Shown here: positions 51,099-60,773 of the stretch, piece after piece
Layout: each line of letters starts with the position of its first letter
Numbering within the stretch: position 1 is the stretch's first letter
From: an uncultured Gammaproteobacteria bacterium
GTDB lineage: Bacteria; Patescibacteriota; Patescibacteriia; Veblenbacterales; UBA10138
Direction: 5' to 3'
DNA: 64,000 bases
Assembly (NCBI GenBank): GCA_964348825.1
Contig: CAYGDX010000002.1
Coordinates: forward strand, 195,013-259,012
Translations under genes and position numbers: made by a program
Notes under the pieces: model-generated
Database searches by the model: none
Told to the model about the DNA's origin: nothing
The model's input: only the letters and a program-made list of their open reading frames with translations

Positions 51099-51608
51099 AT
51101 GCCTCTCAACCTCAACCTCAATCCCCAAGCTGATACTGGCCAAGTAGAATTGCGCTGGAATTTTGCTGAACCACGCGCGCCTGAACGTGGGCAAGTGTGG
51201 TGGATTTTAATGAGTTTAGTCGGCGTAGGTTTAATTATTTATGCCGTTTTAACAGCCAGCTTTTTATTTGCCTTAATTATTGTACTTGGCGCCGCCATTT
51301 TAGTGCAAGAATCTCGTCGCCCACGGCGGCGGCTGGATTGCAAAATTACCAATACTGGTGTAGCAGTTGGAAAAAAATTCTGGAAATGGTCTGAACTACA
51401 TGAATTTTTTATTGTTTACCGCCCACCGGAAGTATCTAATTTATATATTGTACCAAATGCCCTGCACGATCCACGGGTAAAAGTGCCACTTGAAAAAACC
51501 AACCCGTTAAAAGTACGTGATATTTTAATTAAATATTTAAAAGAAAATTTGGAACGCGAAGATATTCCTACTTCCGAAGCCATTTCTAAACTACTAAAAC
51601 TACAGTAA
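51099..51608 (+). CDS. Hypothetical membrane protein (2 TM helices)
   Basis: 169 aa, hydrophobic VWWILMSLVGVGLIIYAVLTASFLFALIIVLGAAIL. Confidence 0.45.
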   Translation: MPLNLNLNPQADTGQVELRWNFAEPRAPERGQVWWILMSLVGVGLIIYAVLTASFLFALIIVLGAAILVQESRRPRRRLDCKITNTGVAVGKKFWKWSELHEFFIVYRPPEVSNLYIVPNALHDPRVKVPLEKTNPLKVRDILIKYLKENLEREDIPTSEAISKLLKLQ

Positions 51609-51687
51609 TGGACTTGCCAAATATAATAATATGGCGTATATTAATCTAGCCAACTTTGACTAGATTTTAAATTATTAAAATAGTTTT

Positions 51688-51738
51688 GACCTTTGACCTT
51701 TGACCTTTGACTTTTGACTTTTGACTTTTGACTTATTT
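51688..51738. repeat. Tandem heptamer array (TTGACCT x3, TTGACTT x3) immediately upstream of tRNA-Arg
   Basis: gacctttgacctttgacctttgacttttgacttttgacttttgacttattttg. Each unit contains the -35-like TTGAC. Confidence 0.8.
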
Positions 51739-51740
51739 TG

Positions 51741-51815
51741 GCCCCTGTCGTTTAATGGATAGGACGCAGGATTGCGGATCCTGCAATTGAGGTTCGATTC
51801 CTCACGGGGGCACCA
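51741..51815 (+). tRNA. tRNA-Arg (anticodon reads GCG; G37), 75 nt with an encoded CCA
   Basis: GCCCCTGTCGTTTAATGGATAGGACGCAGGATTGCGGATCCTGCAATTGAGGTTCGATTCCTCACGGGGGCACCA. Anticodon stem CAGGA/TCCTG, loop TTGCGGA. Confidence 0.75.
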
Positions 51816-51916
51816 CTAAAATTTTACTTGCTATGACAACCATATTGTTTGAATAAACATAAAAATAAAACAGCGAGACGCTCACTGTTTTATTTTTATA
51901 AAAGAATCATTAATAT

Positions 51917-52516
51917 ATGGAATTAAAAATTATTTTCGGTACAATTGCAGCAGCCCTTGCCCTATTCAGTTCATATTTATATATTCGAGATATTTTTCGA
52001 GGAAATACAAAACCCCACATGTACACTTGGCTTATTTGGTCCATTGTCACAACCATAGCTTTCTTTGGACAATGGGTTTCTGGTGGAGGCCCAGGGTCTT
52101 GGGCAACAGGAGTAGCTGCCATTGTAACTATTGGAACATTTTTCCTTTCCCTAAAAAGTAAATATGGCACTAAAGATATTACGAATTTCGATAAAATTTG
52201 CTTAGTGCTTGCAATTCTTTCAATTCTCCCTTGGTTGCTCACCAAAAGTGTCTTATGGTCAGTTCTACTTGCAACATTTATTGACCTTATTGCATTCTTT
52301 CCAACTATGCGTAAAACTTGGTCCTCTCCAAAAAGCGAATCATTGGGATCTATGTATGTGGATGCTGTGAAGCACGCACTATCTACATTTTCTATGGGCA
52401 CATATTCCTTAGTTACATTAATATACCCCCTCTCTGTTCTAGCAACAAAATTTATAATAATTGGAGAGATAATTTTTTTGAATAAATTTAAATCAGATAA
52501 TAGTAGTTCAATATGA
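51917..52516 (+). CDS. Hypothetical polytopic membrane protein (about 6 TM helices)
   Basis: 199 aa. Preferred over the overlapping antisense ORF 51910-52401 because of consistent hydrophobic helices. Confidence 0.45.
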   Translation: MELKIIFGTIAAALALFSSYLYIRDIFRGNTKPHMYTWLIWSIVTTIAFFGQWVSGGGPGSWATGVAAIVTIGTFFLSLKSKYGTKDITNFDKICLVLAILSILPWLLTKSVLWSVLLATFIDLIAFFPTMRKTWSSPKSESLGSMYVDAVKHALSTFSMGTYSLVTLIYPLSVLATKFIIIGEIIFLNKFKSDNSSSI

Positions 52517-52797
52517 AAAAAGCGTCTATTTTTATAATTGTAATTATTTTTTTGATACTTGGCGGATTGGTATTATATGGATATTTAAGTGGATATCTAG
52601 TTGGTTTTAATAATGGACGATTAGTTGTCCGTTATTATTTTTGCTCCGATGTTTGCCCGAAAAATGACCGGCAAAATTATGGTAGTTGGGTTGAAGCATA
52701 TTTTGGAGTACGTAGTAAAGAAAGTTGTGAAAAAATTGGTGGCCGTTCTATGATTGATCCGGCTTGGGGTGGTTTTATCGGTTGCGCTCCTAAATAA
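52513..52797 (+). CDS. Small membrane-anchored or secreted Cys-containing protein (94 aa)
   Basis: N-terminal TM/signal IFIIVIIFLILGGLVLYGY. Overlaps the upstream stop by 4 nt. Confidence 0.35.
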   Translation: MKKASIFIIVIIFLILGGLVLYGYLSGYLVGFNNGRLVVRYYFCSDVCPKNDRQNYGSWVEAYFGVRSKESCEKIGGRSMIDPAWGGFIGCAPK

Positions 52798-52885
52798 TTA
52801 AAATTTATAATTCTTATACATTACCCATTTTATACCAATCCATTTTGGACTGGTATTTTGTTTTAGAAAAAGAGATAATAAATAT

Positions 52886-54940
52886 ATGCTACATATCTCC
52901 GACAAACTTACCGCGATTACCGGCCTTGGCCTTCAAACCGCCAAACGACTAAATAAACTTGGCCTTATTACGATTCAAGATTTACTACTTCATTTTCCTG
53001 CCCGCTATGAAGATTTTTCTAAAACCATACCAATTGCACAAGTAAAACTAGGCGAACAAATTACTATTCAAGGTAAAATTCAAACCATTATCGCGCGCAC
53101 CAGCCGTACCCGACGCTTAACTATCACTGAAGCACTTATTTCTGATGCTTCTGGTAGCGTAAAGGCAGTTTGGTTTAATCAACCATACCTTACGCAATCA
53201 TTAGCCAGTGGACAAGAAATAATGCTAGCTGGAAAAATCACAGCTTCTAACTATGGTTGGCAAATTGAACAACCCAACTGGGAATTAGTTACTAAACAAA
53301 CCAATATCCACACCGGCCGTCTAGTGCCTTTTTACCCTTTAACCGCGGGGCTTACGCATTATTTTTTTCGCAAAATTATCGGACGAATTATAAATTTAGT
53401 TGATCAAATACCTGATTTAGTACCGCCTGAAATTAGACAAAATTTAAAAATACCACCACTTAGCATCGCTATAAAAAATTTACATTTCCCAACTAATCAA
53501 ACTGATTTAATTACAGCCCGCCGGCGTGTCGCCTTTGATGAACTATATTTCTTAAGTTTGGCTTCACGACTGGCACACTCACAAACCAATAACCTTAAAG
53601 CACCAACTATACCATTTTCCACCGCCACCCAAAAAATAGTGAGTGAACTACCTTGGCCACTTACACCTGATCAAAAAAAATCGGCTTGGGAAATTATTCA
53701 AGATTTAAATAAAGATAAACCAATGCACCGCTTACTCCAAGGCGAAGTGGGTAGTGGTAAAACTATTGTGGCTGGCCTTGCGGCTTTCAACGTGATTCAA
53801 GCTAACTTGCAAGTAGTAATTCTAGCCCCAACTGAAATACTAGCAGTACAACATTTTCACACTTTAACCAATTTGTTTGCCAATTGGCCAATAAAGTGTG
53901 CCTTGCTAACACGTGGTCATAAAACCACTAATTTTGAAACCAAATCAACCAAACTAAAAATACTTAATCAATTAAAAAATGGGGAAATAAATATTATTAT
54001 TGGCACACATGCACTACTATCCGACAAAATTAATTTTAATAAACTGGGCTTGGTGGTAATTGATGAGCAACACCGTTTTGGGGTGGTACAAAGGCAGTGG
54101 TTAACTAAAGATACTAATATTACACCTCATCTTTTATCACTCTCCGCCACACCAATTCCACGCTCACTGGCCCTAACAATTTTTGGTGATCTTAATATTT
54201 CAATAATAAAACAAATGCCTACTGGACGGCAACCAATTTCTACTTTAATTGTACCACCCCAAAAACGCAGTGGAGCATATAATTTTATTCGACAAGAAAT
54301 TAAGCTTGGTCACCGCGCTTTTATTATTTGTCCACTGGTAGAAGAATCGGATGCTTTAGGTGTACGTGCCGTAACAAGTGAGTATGAAAAATTATCACGT
54401 CAAATTTTTCCTGATATAAAAATTGGTTTACTCCATGGCCGCTTAAAAGCTAAAGCCAAAACCGAAATTATGGCTGAATTTAAAAATGGTACCAAACCAA
54501 TTTTAATCAGTACTTCAGTAGTGGAAGTGGGAGTAGATGTACCCGAGGCCACCATTATGATGATTGAGGGTGCTGAACGATTTGGTATTGCCCAACTCCA
54601 TCAATTTCGTGGCCGAGTAGGTAGATCTAATTTAAAAAGCTATTGCTTATTATTTACTGATACTCAATCAGAACATTCTCTAAAACGTTTACAAGCACTT
54701 ACTAAATATCAAAACGGTTTTGATTTAGCCGAATTTGATTTAAAAAAACGTGGGCCAGGTAATTTGCTAGGCGAAATGCAGTCGGGCTGGGGTAAATTAA
54801 AATTCGCTGAACTGGTAGATTTAAAACTTTTAGATACTGTGCGGAGTGCTACTACTTTAACACTTGGTTTGAATTCCACCCTCACCCGCTGGCCAGAATT
54901 AAAAAATAAAATTGGGGAATTTAATTTTCATCCGGAATAA
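52886..54940 (+). CDS. recG: ATP-dependent DNA helicase RecG
   Basis: N-terminal wedge/OB region, helicase motif I GEVGSGKT, DEQH box in VIDEQHRFG, and C-terminal helicase domain. 684 aa. Confidence 0.85.
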   Translation: MLHISDKLTAITGLGLQTAKRLNKLGLITIQDLLLHFPARYEDFSKTIPIAQVKLGEQITIQGKIQTIIARTSRTRRLTITEALISDASGSVKAVWFNQPYLTQSLASGQEIMLAGKITASNYGWQIEQPNWELVTKQTNIHTGRLVPFYPLTAGLTHYFFRKIIGRIINLVDQIPDLVPPEIRQNLKIPPLSIAIKNLHFPTNQTDLITARRRVAFDELYFLSLASRLAHSQTNNLKAPTIPFSTATQKIVSELPWPLTPDQKKSAWEIIQDLNKDKPMHRLLQGEVGSGKTIVAGLAAFNVIQANLQVVILAPTEILAVQHFHTLTNLFANWPIKCALLTRGHKTTNFETKSTKLKILNQLKNGEINIIIGTHALLSDKINFNKLGLVVIDEQHRFGVVQRQWLTKDTNITPHLLSLSATPIPRSLALTIFGDLNISIIKQMPTGRQPISTLIVPPQKRSGAYNFIRQEIKLGHRAFIICPLVEESDALGVRAVTSEYEKLSRQIFPDIKIGLLHGRLKAKAKTEIMAEFKNGTKPILISTSVVEVGVDVPEATIMMIEGAERFGIAQLHQFRGRVGRSNLKSYCLLFTDTQSEHSLKRLQALTKYQNGFDLAEFDLKKRGPGNLLGEMQSGWGKLKFAELVDLKLLDTVRSATTLTLGLNSTLTRWPELKNKIGEFNFHPE

Positions 54941-54950
54941 ATTATTTTTA

Positions 54951-55113
54951 CTACTTCTCTAGAGAAGTAGCGCAAGAGTCGCCGCCTCGGTCTTCGTATT
55001 TGAACAGTGCTCGTCGGACTCGTTGGCTCGGCCTATGCACAGCGGCCACAAACACGGCCTCGCCGGACACTCGTCCGACTTCCGCTCTGTACAAATACTA
55101 CGACAGGGCGGCA
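54951..55113 (-). repeat. Structured GC-rich dispersed repeat, copy 4 (reverse orientation), with terminal palindrome ctacttctctagagaagtag
   Basis: Aligns with copy 3. Inner stem shows a compensatory change: gtcggac/gtccgac here against gtcaaac/gtttgac in copy 1. Confidence 0.75.
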
Positions 55114-55366
55114 AAACTTTCTAATGCTGTTGACAAATACTGTCAATTTGCTAAACTTTATCTTAATTAATATTGTTCCTTCTCAGCCGGAATTACAGAA
55201 GTTAATGATGTCTAAAAAAGATGTGGAGTTTTTGGTCTCCAATCTTGGCGCCTTAGACATCATCGGGGGTGATTCCGGCTGTATTTTAAAAACCAAAAGA
55301 GTATTGTAAATCAAAATCAAAAAACCAAAATAATTCACTATATTAACAATCAAAACCAAAAACAAA

Positions 55367-55648
55367 ATGCATCGTTCTAATTTACAACCAACTCCATCCA
55401 TTACAGTTGGTTACGTTCAAACAAACAAAAAACGCTCCCCAGATTTCCCTATAAAGGTTAACTCTAACGACCCGTTGGTTATAGCAAACCAACTTGATAT
55501 ACCAGGTCGTCAGGATACTCTAATTAAAGCAATAAAACATTTCCGTGCTAGTGGAATAAAATTTATGCTTAAAGAAGATAAAAATATTCTTAAGGAATTA
55601 ATAAATTATCAAATAGAGTTAAGCGAATCTGAAATTTTAAAGGAGTAA
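55367..55648 (+). CDS. Hypothetical small protein (93 aa)
   Basis: The ORF is followed by a clear intrinsic terminator at 55667-55697. Confidence 0.45.
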   Translation: MHRSNLQPTPSITVGYVQTNKKRSPDFPIKVNSNDPLVIANQLDIPGRQDTLIKAIKHFRASGIKFMLKEDKNILKELINYQIELSESEILKE

Positions 55649-55666
55649 TCATAAAAAATTCAAAAA

Positions 55667-55697
55667 GCCGACAAGTCCAATGTCGGCTCTTTTTTTT
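55667..55697 (+). terminator. Rho-independent terminator
   Basis: gccgacaagtccaatgtcggc followed by ttttttttt. Confidence 0.7.
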
Positions 55698-55710
55698 ATT
55701 TAAAATAAAT

Positions 55711-55775
55711 TTGGGGATTGGAATTTAAATATTTTGGATTTATTTAGGATTTAGATATTCGAATTTAGGATTTTA
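55711..55775. repeat. Heptamer tract (GGATTT/TCGAATT family)
   Basis: ttggggattggaatttaaatattttggatttatttaggatttagatattcgaatttaggatttt. Confidence 0.5.
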
Positions 55776-55778
55776 ACA

Positions 55779-57128
55779 CTACCTCATCCACTCCACTGCC
55801 TCAGCTAAATTATGCACCTCAACTATCATAATTCCTTTAGGCACCTTAGCGCCTTCTCCCAGTGGCGGTAGCACGGCTTCAGTAAAACCGAGACGCGCCG
55901 CTTCGTTTAAACGTTTATCTATTGCATTCACTGGCCTTACTTCTCCACCCAAACCAACTTCACCAAAAATTACTACTTGGCGTGAGATTGATTTTTTTAA
56001 ATAAGCCGAAGCCACCGCCAAACACACAGCTAAATCAAGTGCTGGTTCACGCGATTTTAATCCGCCAACCAAATTCACATACACATCACTCCAATTTAAT
56101 TTTACACCGGCTCGTTCACCTAAAACCGCGAGGAGTACTTCTAATCTTTTATAATCAAAACCTGTGGCAGAACGTTTGGGATAATTTTGCCGTGAATGGC
56201 TCACTAAAGCTTGTACTTCAAGTAGTAGTCCGCGCGAACCCTGCATTAAGCAAGTCACCACCGCGCCGGCACCCGCATGACGCTCGGCTAAAAATAAACT
56301 CGATGGATTCGCTACTTCTTGCAAACCATTTTCCTCCATCTTAAACACTCCAACTTCGTCGGTTGAACCAAAACGATTTTTCTCAGCCCGTAAAATTCGT
56401 AAAACTCCACTGCGTTCACCTTCTAAACTTAAAACTACATCTACCAAATGCTCCACCGCTTTTGGCCCAGCCGCCTCACCTGCTTTGGTAATATGACCAA
56501 TTACCATTACTGCTACTTGATTTGATTTGGCAAACTCTATTAAAGCCGATAAAACCGCTCGCACCTGCGTTGGCGAACCAGCAGTCGCTTCTGATTCTGA
56601 GTTGTGCATAGTTTGCAAAGAATCTATCACCAATAATATTGGTTTTAAATCACGTGCCGCGGAAGTTATCGCACCAATTTCAGCTTCAGCTGTAAAATGT
56701 AAATTCTTACCCACGAGTCCTAATCGTTTTAAACGATCAGATACTTGAGTCGCCGCTTCTTCGCCTGAGGCATACAAAACTGTTTGTTGTAATTTTTCAG
56801 CGAGCGCCAAAACTAAGGTTGATTTACCCGCCCCCGGTTCGCCAGTTAATAAAATCACACCGCCCGGCGTAATACCACCACCGAGCACTCTATCTAACTC
56901 ATTCAAACCAGTAGAAAGTTTTGGCGTAGCTGTCGCCGATGAATTACCTAAAGAAACCACGGTTGCTGGAGAAGTTGAATAACTGGCGGTTGAATTTTTT
57001 TGATTAGAAATGGTAATTGATTCGGTAGATATTGTACCGAATTTACCACAAGTATTACAACGCCCCGCCCATTTTGGATACTGGGCGTCGCAATTAGAGC
57101 AAGTATACACTGTAATTGATTTAGGCAT
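55779..57128 (-). CDS. radA: DNA repair protein RadA/Sms
   Basis: N-terminal zinc finger CSNCDAQYPKWAGRCNTC, Walker A GEPGAGKST, KNRFG motif, and C-terminal Lon-protease-like domain. Start at the internal MPKSITVY. Confidence 0.9.
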   Translation of the reverse strand: MPKSITVYTCSNCDAQYPKWAGRCNTCGKFGTISTESITISNQKNSTASYSTSPATVVSLGNSSATATPKLSTGLNELDRVLGGGITPGGVILLTGEPGAGKSTLVLALAEKLQQTVLYASGEEAATQVSDRLKRLGLVGKNLHFTAEAEIGAITSAARDLKPILLVIDSLQTMHNSESEATAGSPTQVRAVLSALIEFAKSNQVAVMVIGHITKAGEAAGPKAVEHLVDVVLSLEGERSGVLRILRAEKNRFGSTDEVGVFKMEENGLQEVANPSSLFLAERHAGAGAVVTCLMQGSRGLLLEVQALVSHSRQNYPKRSATGFDYKRLEVLLAVLGERAGVKLNWSDVYVNLVGGLKSREPALDLAVCLAVASAYLKKSISRQVVIFGEVGLGGEVRPVNAIDKRLNEAARLGFTEAVLPPLGEGAKVPKGIMIVEVHNLAEAVEWMR

Positions 57129-57129
57129 T

Positions 57130-58470
57130 TTAAAAACAAGTTGAGGACATCTTTGGTTTTTCAAAGTGCCATGGTTCAGAATTTAATTTACAAAAACCTT
57201 GCGCCCGCATAGCTTGAATAAGTAATTTCATACCCCTCACTTCTTCGCAAGCTGGTTTATTTTTTTTACAATTATCTTGTGATATTACTTGCGTGCCAGC
57301 GAAACCTGCCCACAAATCAACTGCTCGTCCAGTAGTATGTGGACAACTCTTTATTCCTTCTCTTAGTATACAGGTATCATGTTTACCTGTTTTAGGATTA
57401 CAACGTTGACTCCCGGGTGGATTCTGACAATTTTCTTTAATTAATTCTATTTGTTTAACTTCACTACGATAACCAGAGGCAATAATCAATTGAATATCAT
57501 CAGCCGCTAATTTGGCGGCTACTATTCTTAAATCGCTTAATAAACTTTTATCTACAGTATAAGATTTACCATTAACAATATTACGACCTTGTGCTAATAC
57601 TGGTTGCACACCAGAAAAATCAGCTATAGTAACAGTATCTGTTTCGGCTTCATCTTCTAAATTAAACTCCACTCGACGAATATCATCTATACCTTGTAGT
57701 GGTGGGAATTCAACTAATGCTGGATTTATTAAATTAAGCAAGGTATAAGAAATCAAAGCGAGCACCAAACCAATAATGGCGCTAAAAATAGCATCATTTG
57801 AATCACTAATTCTTTCCGCATTACCAGCCGCAATAATTCTTTTAAAACCACCCCAAGTAACCATCACTACAGCAATAACCGCTAACAACCCCACAAAAAA
57901 TTTAAAAAAAACACGTATATAATTGCCTAAAAATTTAGCGTCAACCGCAATCCCCTCGCCACTAGTAATTCTAAATTCTTTACCAGCAATTGTAATACTA
58001 CCTGGAATTGTTACTTGCGGTTTAAATTTTAGCCCGGTATCTGAACTAAGTGACATTTCATCCTCACCAAATGGTACACTATCATTAATTTCTCCACACA
58101 TATCATCTTGATGTAAAGTACAACTAACTTGCGAAGCTGAACAATTAGAATTAGTAATACGAATCCAATCATCAATCCCCCCGTACAAAGAAACTAAACT
58201 ATTATAATTACATTGACTAGTAGAATTAATCATTACACATGTAGAACTACCACCACCCACATTTATACTACTATAACCAGCGGCTTGAAAAGATTGCTCA
58301 CAAATACAAGAACAAGACAGCGCCAAAACTGGCTTGGCTGAAAATAAACCCAACACGAAAAATACCAAAGCTGTAATTATTATCAAACTTTGGAATTTGG
58401 TCCGCCAGTTGGCGGATGGGATTTGTGATTTTTTAGAAATTGACATATTTAAATCCGAAATCCGAAGCAC
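57130..58470 (-). CDS. Secreted Cys-rich protein, paralog 1: N-terminal signal/TM, Cys-rich ectodomain, conserved two-helix membrane hairpin, C-terminal M15 (VanY-like, LAS) peptidase domain
   Basis: Hairpin FFKFFVGLLAVIAVVMVTWGGFKRIIAAGNAERISDSNDAIFSAIIGLVLALISYTLLNLINPAL. M15 motifs SGYRS, CPHTTGRAVD and EPWHFE. The start may be the internal MSISKK (58446). Confidence 0.7.
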   Translation of the reverse strand: MLRISDLNMSISKKSQIPSANWRTKFQSLIIITALVFFVLGLFSAKPVLALSCSCICEQSFQAAGYSSINVGGGSSTCVMINSTSQCNYNSLVSLYGGIDDWIRITNSNCSASQVSCTLHQDDMCGEINDSVPFGEDEMSLSSDTGLKFKPQVTIPGSITIAGKEFRITSGEGIAVDAKFLGNYIRVFFKFFVGLLAVIAVVMVTWGGFKRIIAAGNAERISDSNDAIFSAIIGLVLALISYTLLNLINPALVEFPPLQGIDDIRRVEFNLEDEAETDTVTIADFSGVQPVLAQGRNIVNGKSYTVDKSLLSDLRIVAAKLAADDIQLIIASGYRSEVKQIELIKENCQNPPGSQRCNPKTGKHDTCILREGIKSCPHTTGRAVDLWAGFAGTQVISQDNCKKNKPACEEVRGMKLLIQAMRAQGFCKLNSEPWHFEKPKMSSTCF

Positions 58471-58513
58471 TAAATCCGAAAATTTCGTATTTCGAATTTC
58501 GATATTCGGATTT
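58449..58513. repeat. Heptamer element (AATCCGA/TCGGATT) forming an imperfect palindrome at the 5' end of the paralog-1 gene
   Basis: aaatccgaaatccgaagcactaaatccgaaaatttcgtatttcgaatttcgatattcggattttt. Confidence 0.65.
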
Positions 58514-58524
58514 TTAATAAAATA

Positions 58525-59178
58525 TTACTTACTAATCAACTGCCTCAACTCCTCCACTGTAATCACTCCCGTATGCGTTTTTGCGCCCACAATCAAAAAT
58601 GGTGTACCATCTAGCCCAACTGCCTGACCTTCATTAAAATTTTTCTGAATTAAGGCGCGCGATTTATACTCGGTTAAACAAGATTTAAATTCAACGGTAT
58701 CTAACCCCAGCTCTACGGCTAAATTATTATAAAGTACTTCTCCTAAACTATTCTGCGCGGCAAATAATTTATCATGATACTCCCAGAATTTTCCTTGTGC
58801 TCCGGCACACTGCGCCGCTTCAGCGGCGGGTAGCGATTCGGCGTGATCGGGTAAGGGAAAATCTTTCCACACTAATTTTATTTTACCTTTATTATTCTCC
58901 ACCGCAGTTTTAAGAAGTCCCGATACTTCAGCACAATACGGGCAAGAAAAATCACTAAATTCCACAATTGTAACTTCGGCTGATTTTTCGCCTCGCACTG
59001 GATCAGCGCCAAAAATAATAACATCCTGTGGTAATTTAGTACCACTTTCTGTGATTGGATTGTCAAACACTGGTGGACGAAGTAAGTGGGTATCTGAAAT
59101 TTGTTGCCAAATAGCCAAAACACTCACTAAAATGAGTGCGAATAATAACCAAAATTGTGGGGCGCGGTAGAAAGACAC
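58525..59178 (-). CDS. DsbA-like thiol:disulfide oxidoreductase (thioredoxin fold), membrane-anchored
   Basis: N-terminal TM FWLLFALILVSVLAIW and active site CPYC in FSDFSCPYCAEV. 217 aa. Confidence 0.7.
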   Translation of the reverse strand: MSFYRAPQFWLLFALILVSVLAIWQQISDTHLLRPPVFDNPITESGTKLPQDVIIFGADPVRGEKSAEVTIVEFSDFSCPYCAEVSGLLKTAVENNKGKIKLVWKDFPLPDHAESLPAAEAAQCAGAQGKFWEYHDKLFAAQNSLGEVLYNNLAVELGLDTVEFKSCLTEYKSRALIQKNFNEGQAVGLDGTPFLIVGAKTHTGVITVEELRQLISK

Positions 59179-59190
59179 GATTAAAAAAAT

Positions 59191-59303
59191 AATGACTAAT
59201 CTCTAATTTCTAATTTCTAAAATGACTAATTACTTAATAACCAAATTAGTTATTAGGATTTGGGATTTAAAATTTTTTAGAAATTAGAAATTAGTCATTA
59301 GTG
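59191..59303. repeat. Large inverted repeat (CTAATTT family): aatgactaatctctaatttctaatttctaaaatgactaat ... ttttagaaattagaaattagtcattagtg
   Basis: Arms are reverse complements of each other and flank a 45-bp spacer. Confidence 0.7.
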
Positions 59304-59308
59304 ATTTT

Positions 59309-59353
59309 GAGAAATTGCTTCGTCGCTCGCCTTACTCGCTCCTCGCAATGACA
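59309..59353. repeat. 45-nt conserved motif gagaaattgcttcgtcgctcgccttactcgctcctcgcaatgaca (second copy; see 15605-15649)
   Basis: 41/45 identity with 15605-15649. Confidence 0.7.
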
Positions 59354-59384
59354 AACTATACGCTACCCCCTACACCCTAAAACA

Positions 59385-60668
59385 TCACTTCAACTGCACA
59401 CTTCTTAACCTTCCCGATGATCCTTCTGTAAAATACAAAAATTTAGAATCGGCTGATACTTGTAAATTAAGGGCGGTTATTTCTCTGCCTGACTCATTCA
59501 CTGGTCGTGCTAAAATTGTAGTGCCGCCTGTAGCTAAATCAATCCGCCATAAAGTATCGGGTATTTGTGCCGCCAATTCTCGACTAAATCCTACCCCATC
59601 GGGTAATTCATTTGGCACGGCGCAATAAGCAAAACCAGTGACGAGTGTACATTTATCTACCCACGTCTTTAAATTAATAACTTGCTCATGTGCACCAACC
59701 CGATCGACCGAAGCATCCACTAAATAAAGTTGTGGTTTATAATCGGTTTTATCGGAAAAAGACGAATAAAGTAGACGTGTGCCATCAGGTGACCAACGCG
59801 GCTCGAACCCACGTCCATTTATATACAACCCTTTAAAATTTTCACCATTAAACCCAATGAGTAATACTTGTTGTTGAAATAAACCGCTGGGCTCACCAGT
59901 ACGTGACAGTGCCATCACTTGATTATTAGGTGCCCATTCAACATCTACTTTATCGGCATTCTCACCCATTGGTTCAATACCAGTAAGACCTCCACCATCA
60001 CTACCAATGGTTACTAACCAGCGATCCGCTGGATTATCATCTAAAAATTTTCCGGCAATTTTAGAACTATCAGGCGACCAAGAAAATTCCGTCATTTCTC
60101 GAGGCAGTGTTACTTGTTTTTTATTTACAAAATCATAAATCACGTTCGCCCCATCAGGAAATTCCAAAATAGTTTGATTACCTTGTGGCGACCAAGTAAT
60201 GTTTGATACTCCACAATAAGAATTATTAGTTAGTGTTTTATGACTGCCGCCATTGGTAATTTCATAAAATTTACAATCATTGGGATTGTAATAACGCACG
60301 CCACCGCTACTTAAATTTGGCGCTTGAGCTACACTTGGCGTAAGAGCTGGAGCGGACGTTTCTCCACCAATAGCAATGAGTGATGGTTCTAAATTTAATT
60401 CATCAATTGGCTGGTTAACACCACCTTCGTCGCCCGGTAAATTCTGATCACCATCTGGAGGAAAATTGATTGGCGTATTATTAATATTATCTCGCCCACC
60501 AGTATTATTTGGCAGTCGGCCATCTGATACATCGTTATTTCCAATTGGCAAATTTACGTCGCCAGTAGTTGGCTTCATTGCTAAATAAAAAATCCACGAC
60601 AAAATACCTACGGCCAAAATTACTAATCCAATAATAATCAATTTGCGGCGGCTAAAGTTTTCTAACAT
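59385..60668 (-). CDS. Membrane-anchored TolB-like beta-propeller protein (PD40/WD40-like repeats)
   Basis: N-terminal TM LIIIGLVILAVGILSWIFYLA. Repeated W(S/A)P(D/Q)G motifs: ITWSPQGNQ, FSWSPDSSK, VEWAPNNQ, PRWSPDGTR. Confidence 0.6.
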   Translation of the reverse strand: MLENFSRRKLIIIGLVILAVGILSWIFYLAMKPTTGDVNLPIGNNDVSDGRLPNNTGGRDNINNTPINFPPDGDQNLPGDEGGVNQPIDELNLEPSLIAIGGETSAPALTPSVAQAPNLSSGGVRYYNPNDCKFYEITNGGSHKTLTNNSYCGVSNITWSPQGNQTILEFPDGANVIYDFVNKKQVTLPREMTEFSWSPDSSKIAGKFLDDNPADRWLVTIGSDGGGLTGIEPMGENADKVDVEWAPNNQVMALSRTGEPSGLFQQQVLLIGFNGENFKGLYINGRGFEPRWSPDGTRLLYSSFSDKTDYKPQLYLVDASVDRVGAHEQVINLKTWVDKCTLVTGFAYCAVPNELPDGVGFSRELAAQIPDTLWRIDLATGGTTILARPVNESGREITALNLQVSADSKFLYFTEGSSGRLRSVQLK

Positions 60669-60773
60669 ATATTAATTATAACATATTTTAAGCTTCGCCA
60701 CTAGTGTATATAAAAACAAAAACCAAGTGTAAGGCGCACTCGGTTTTAAATGGATAAATATTAAATTATTAAT

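Noticed and set aside
51910-52401. 163-aa minus-strand ORF
   Set aside because: It fully overlaps the plus-strand ORF 51917-52516, which encodes a coherent multi-TM protein. Only one can be real and the plus-strand one is favoured.
55007-55309. 100-aa plus-strand ORF
   Set aside because: It runs through repeat copy 4 (54951-55113) in a frame unrelated to other copies. Probably spurious.
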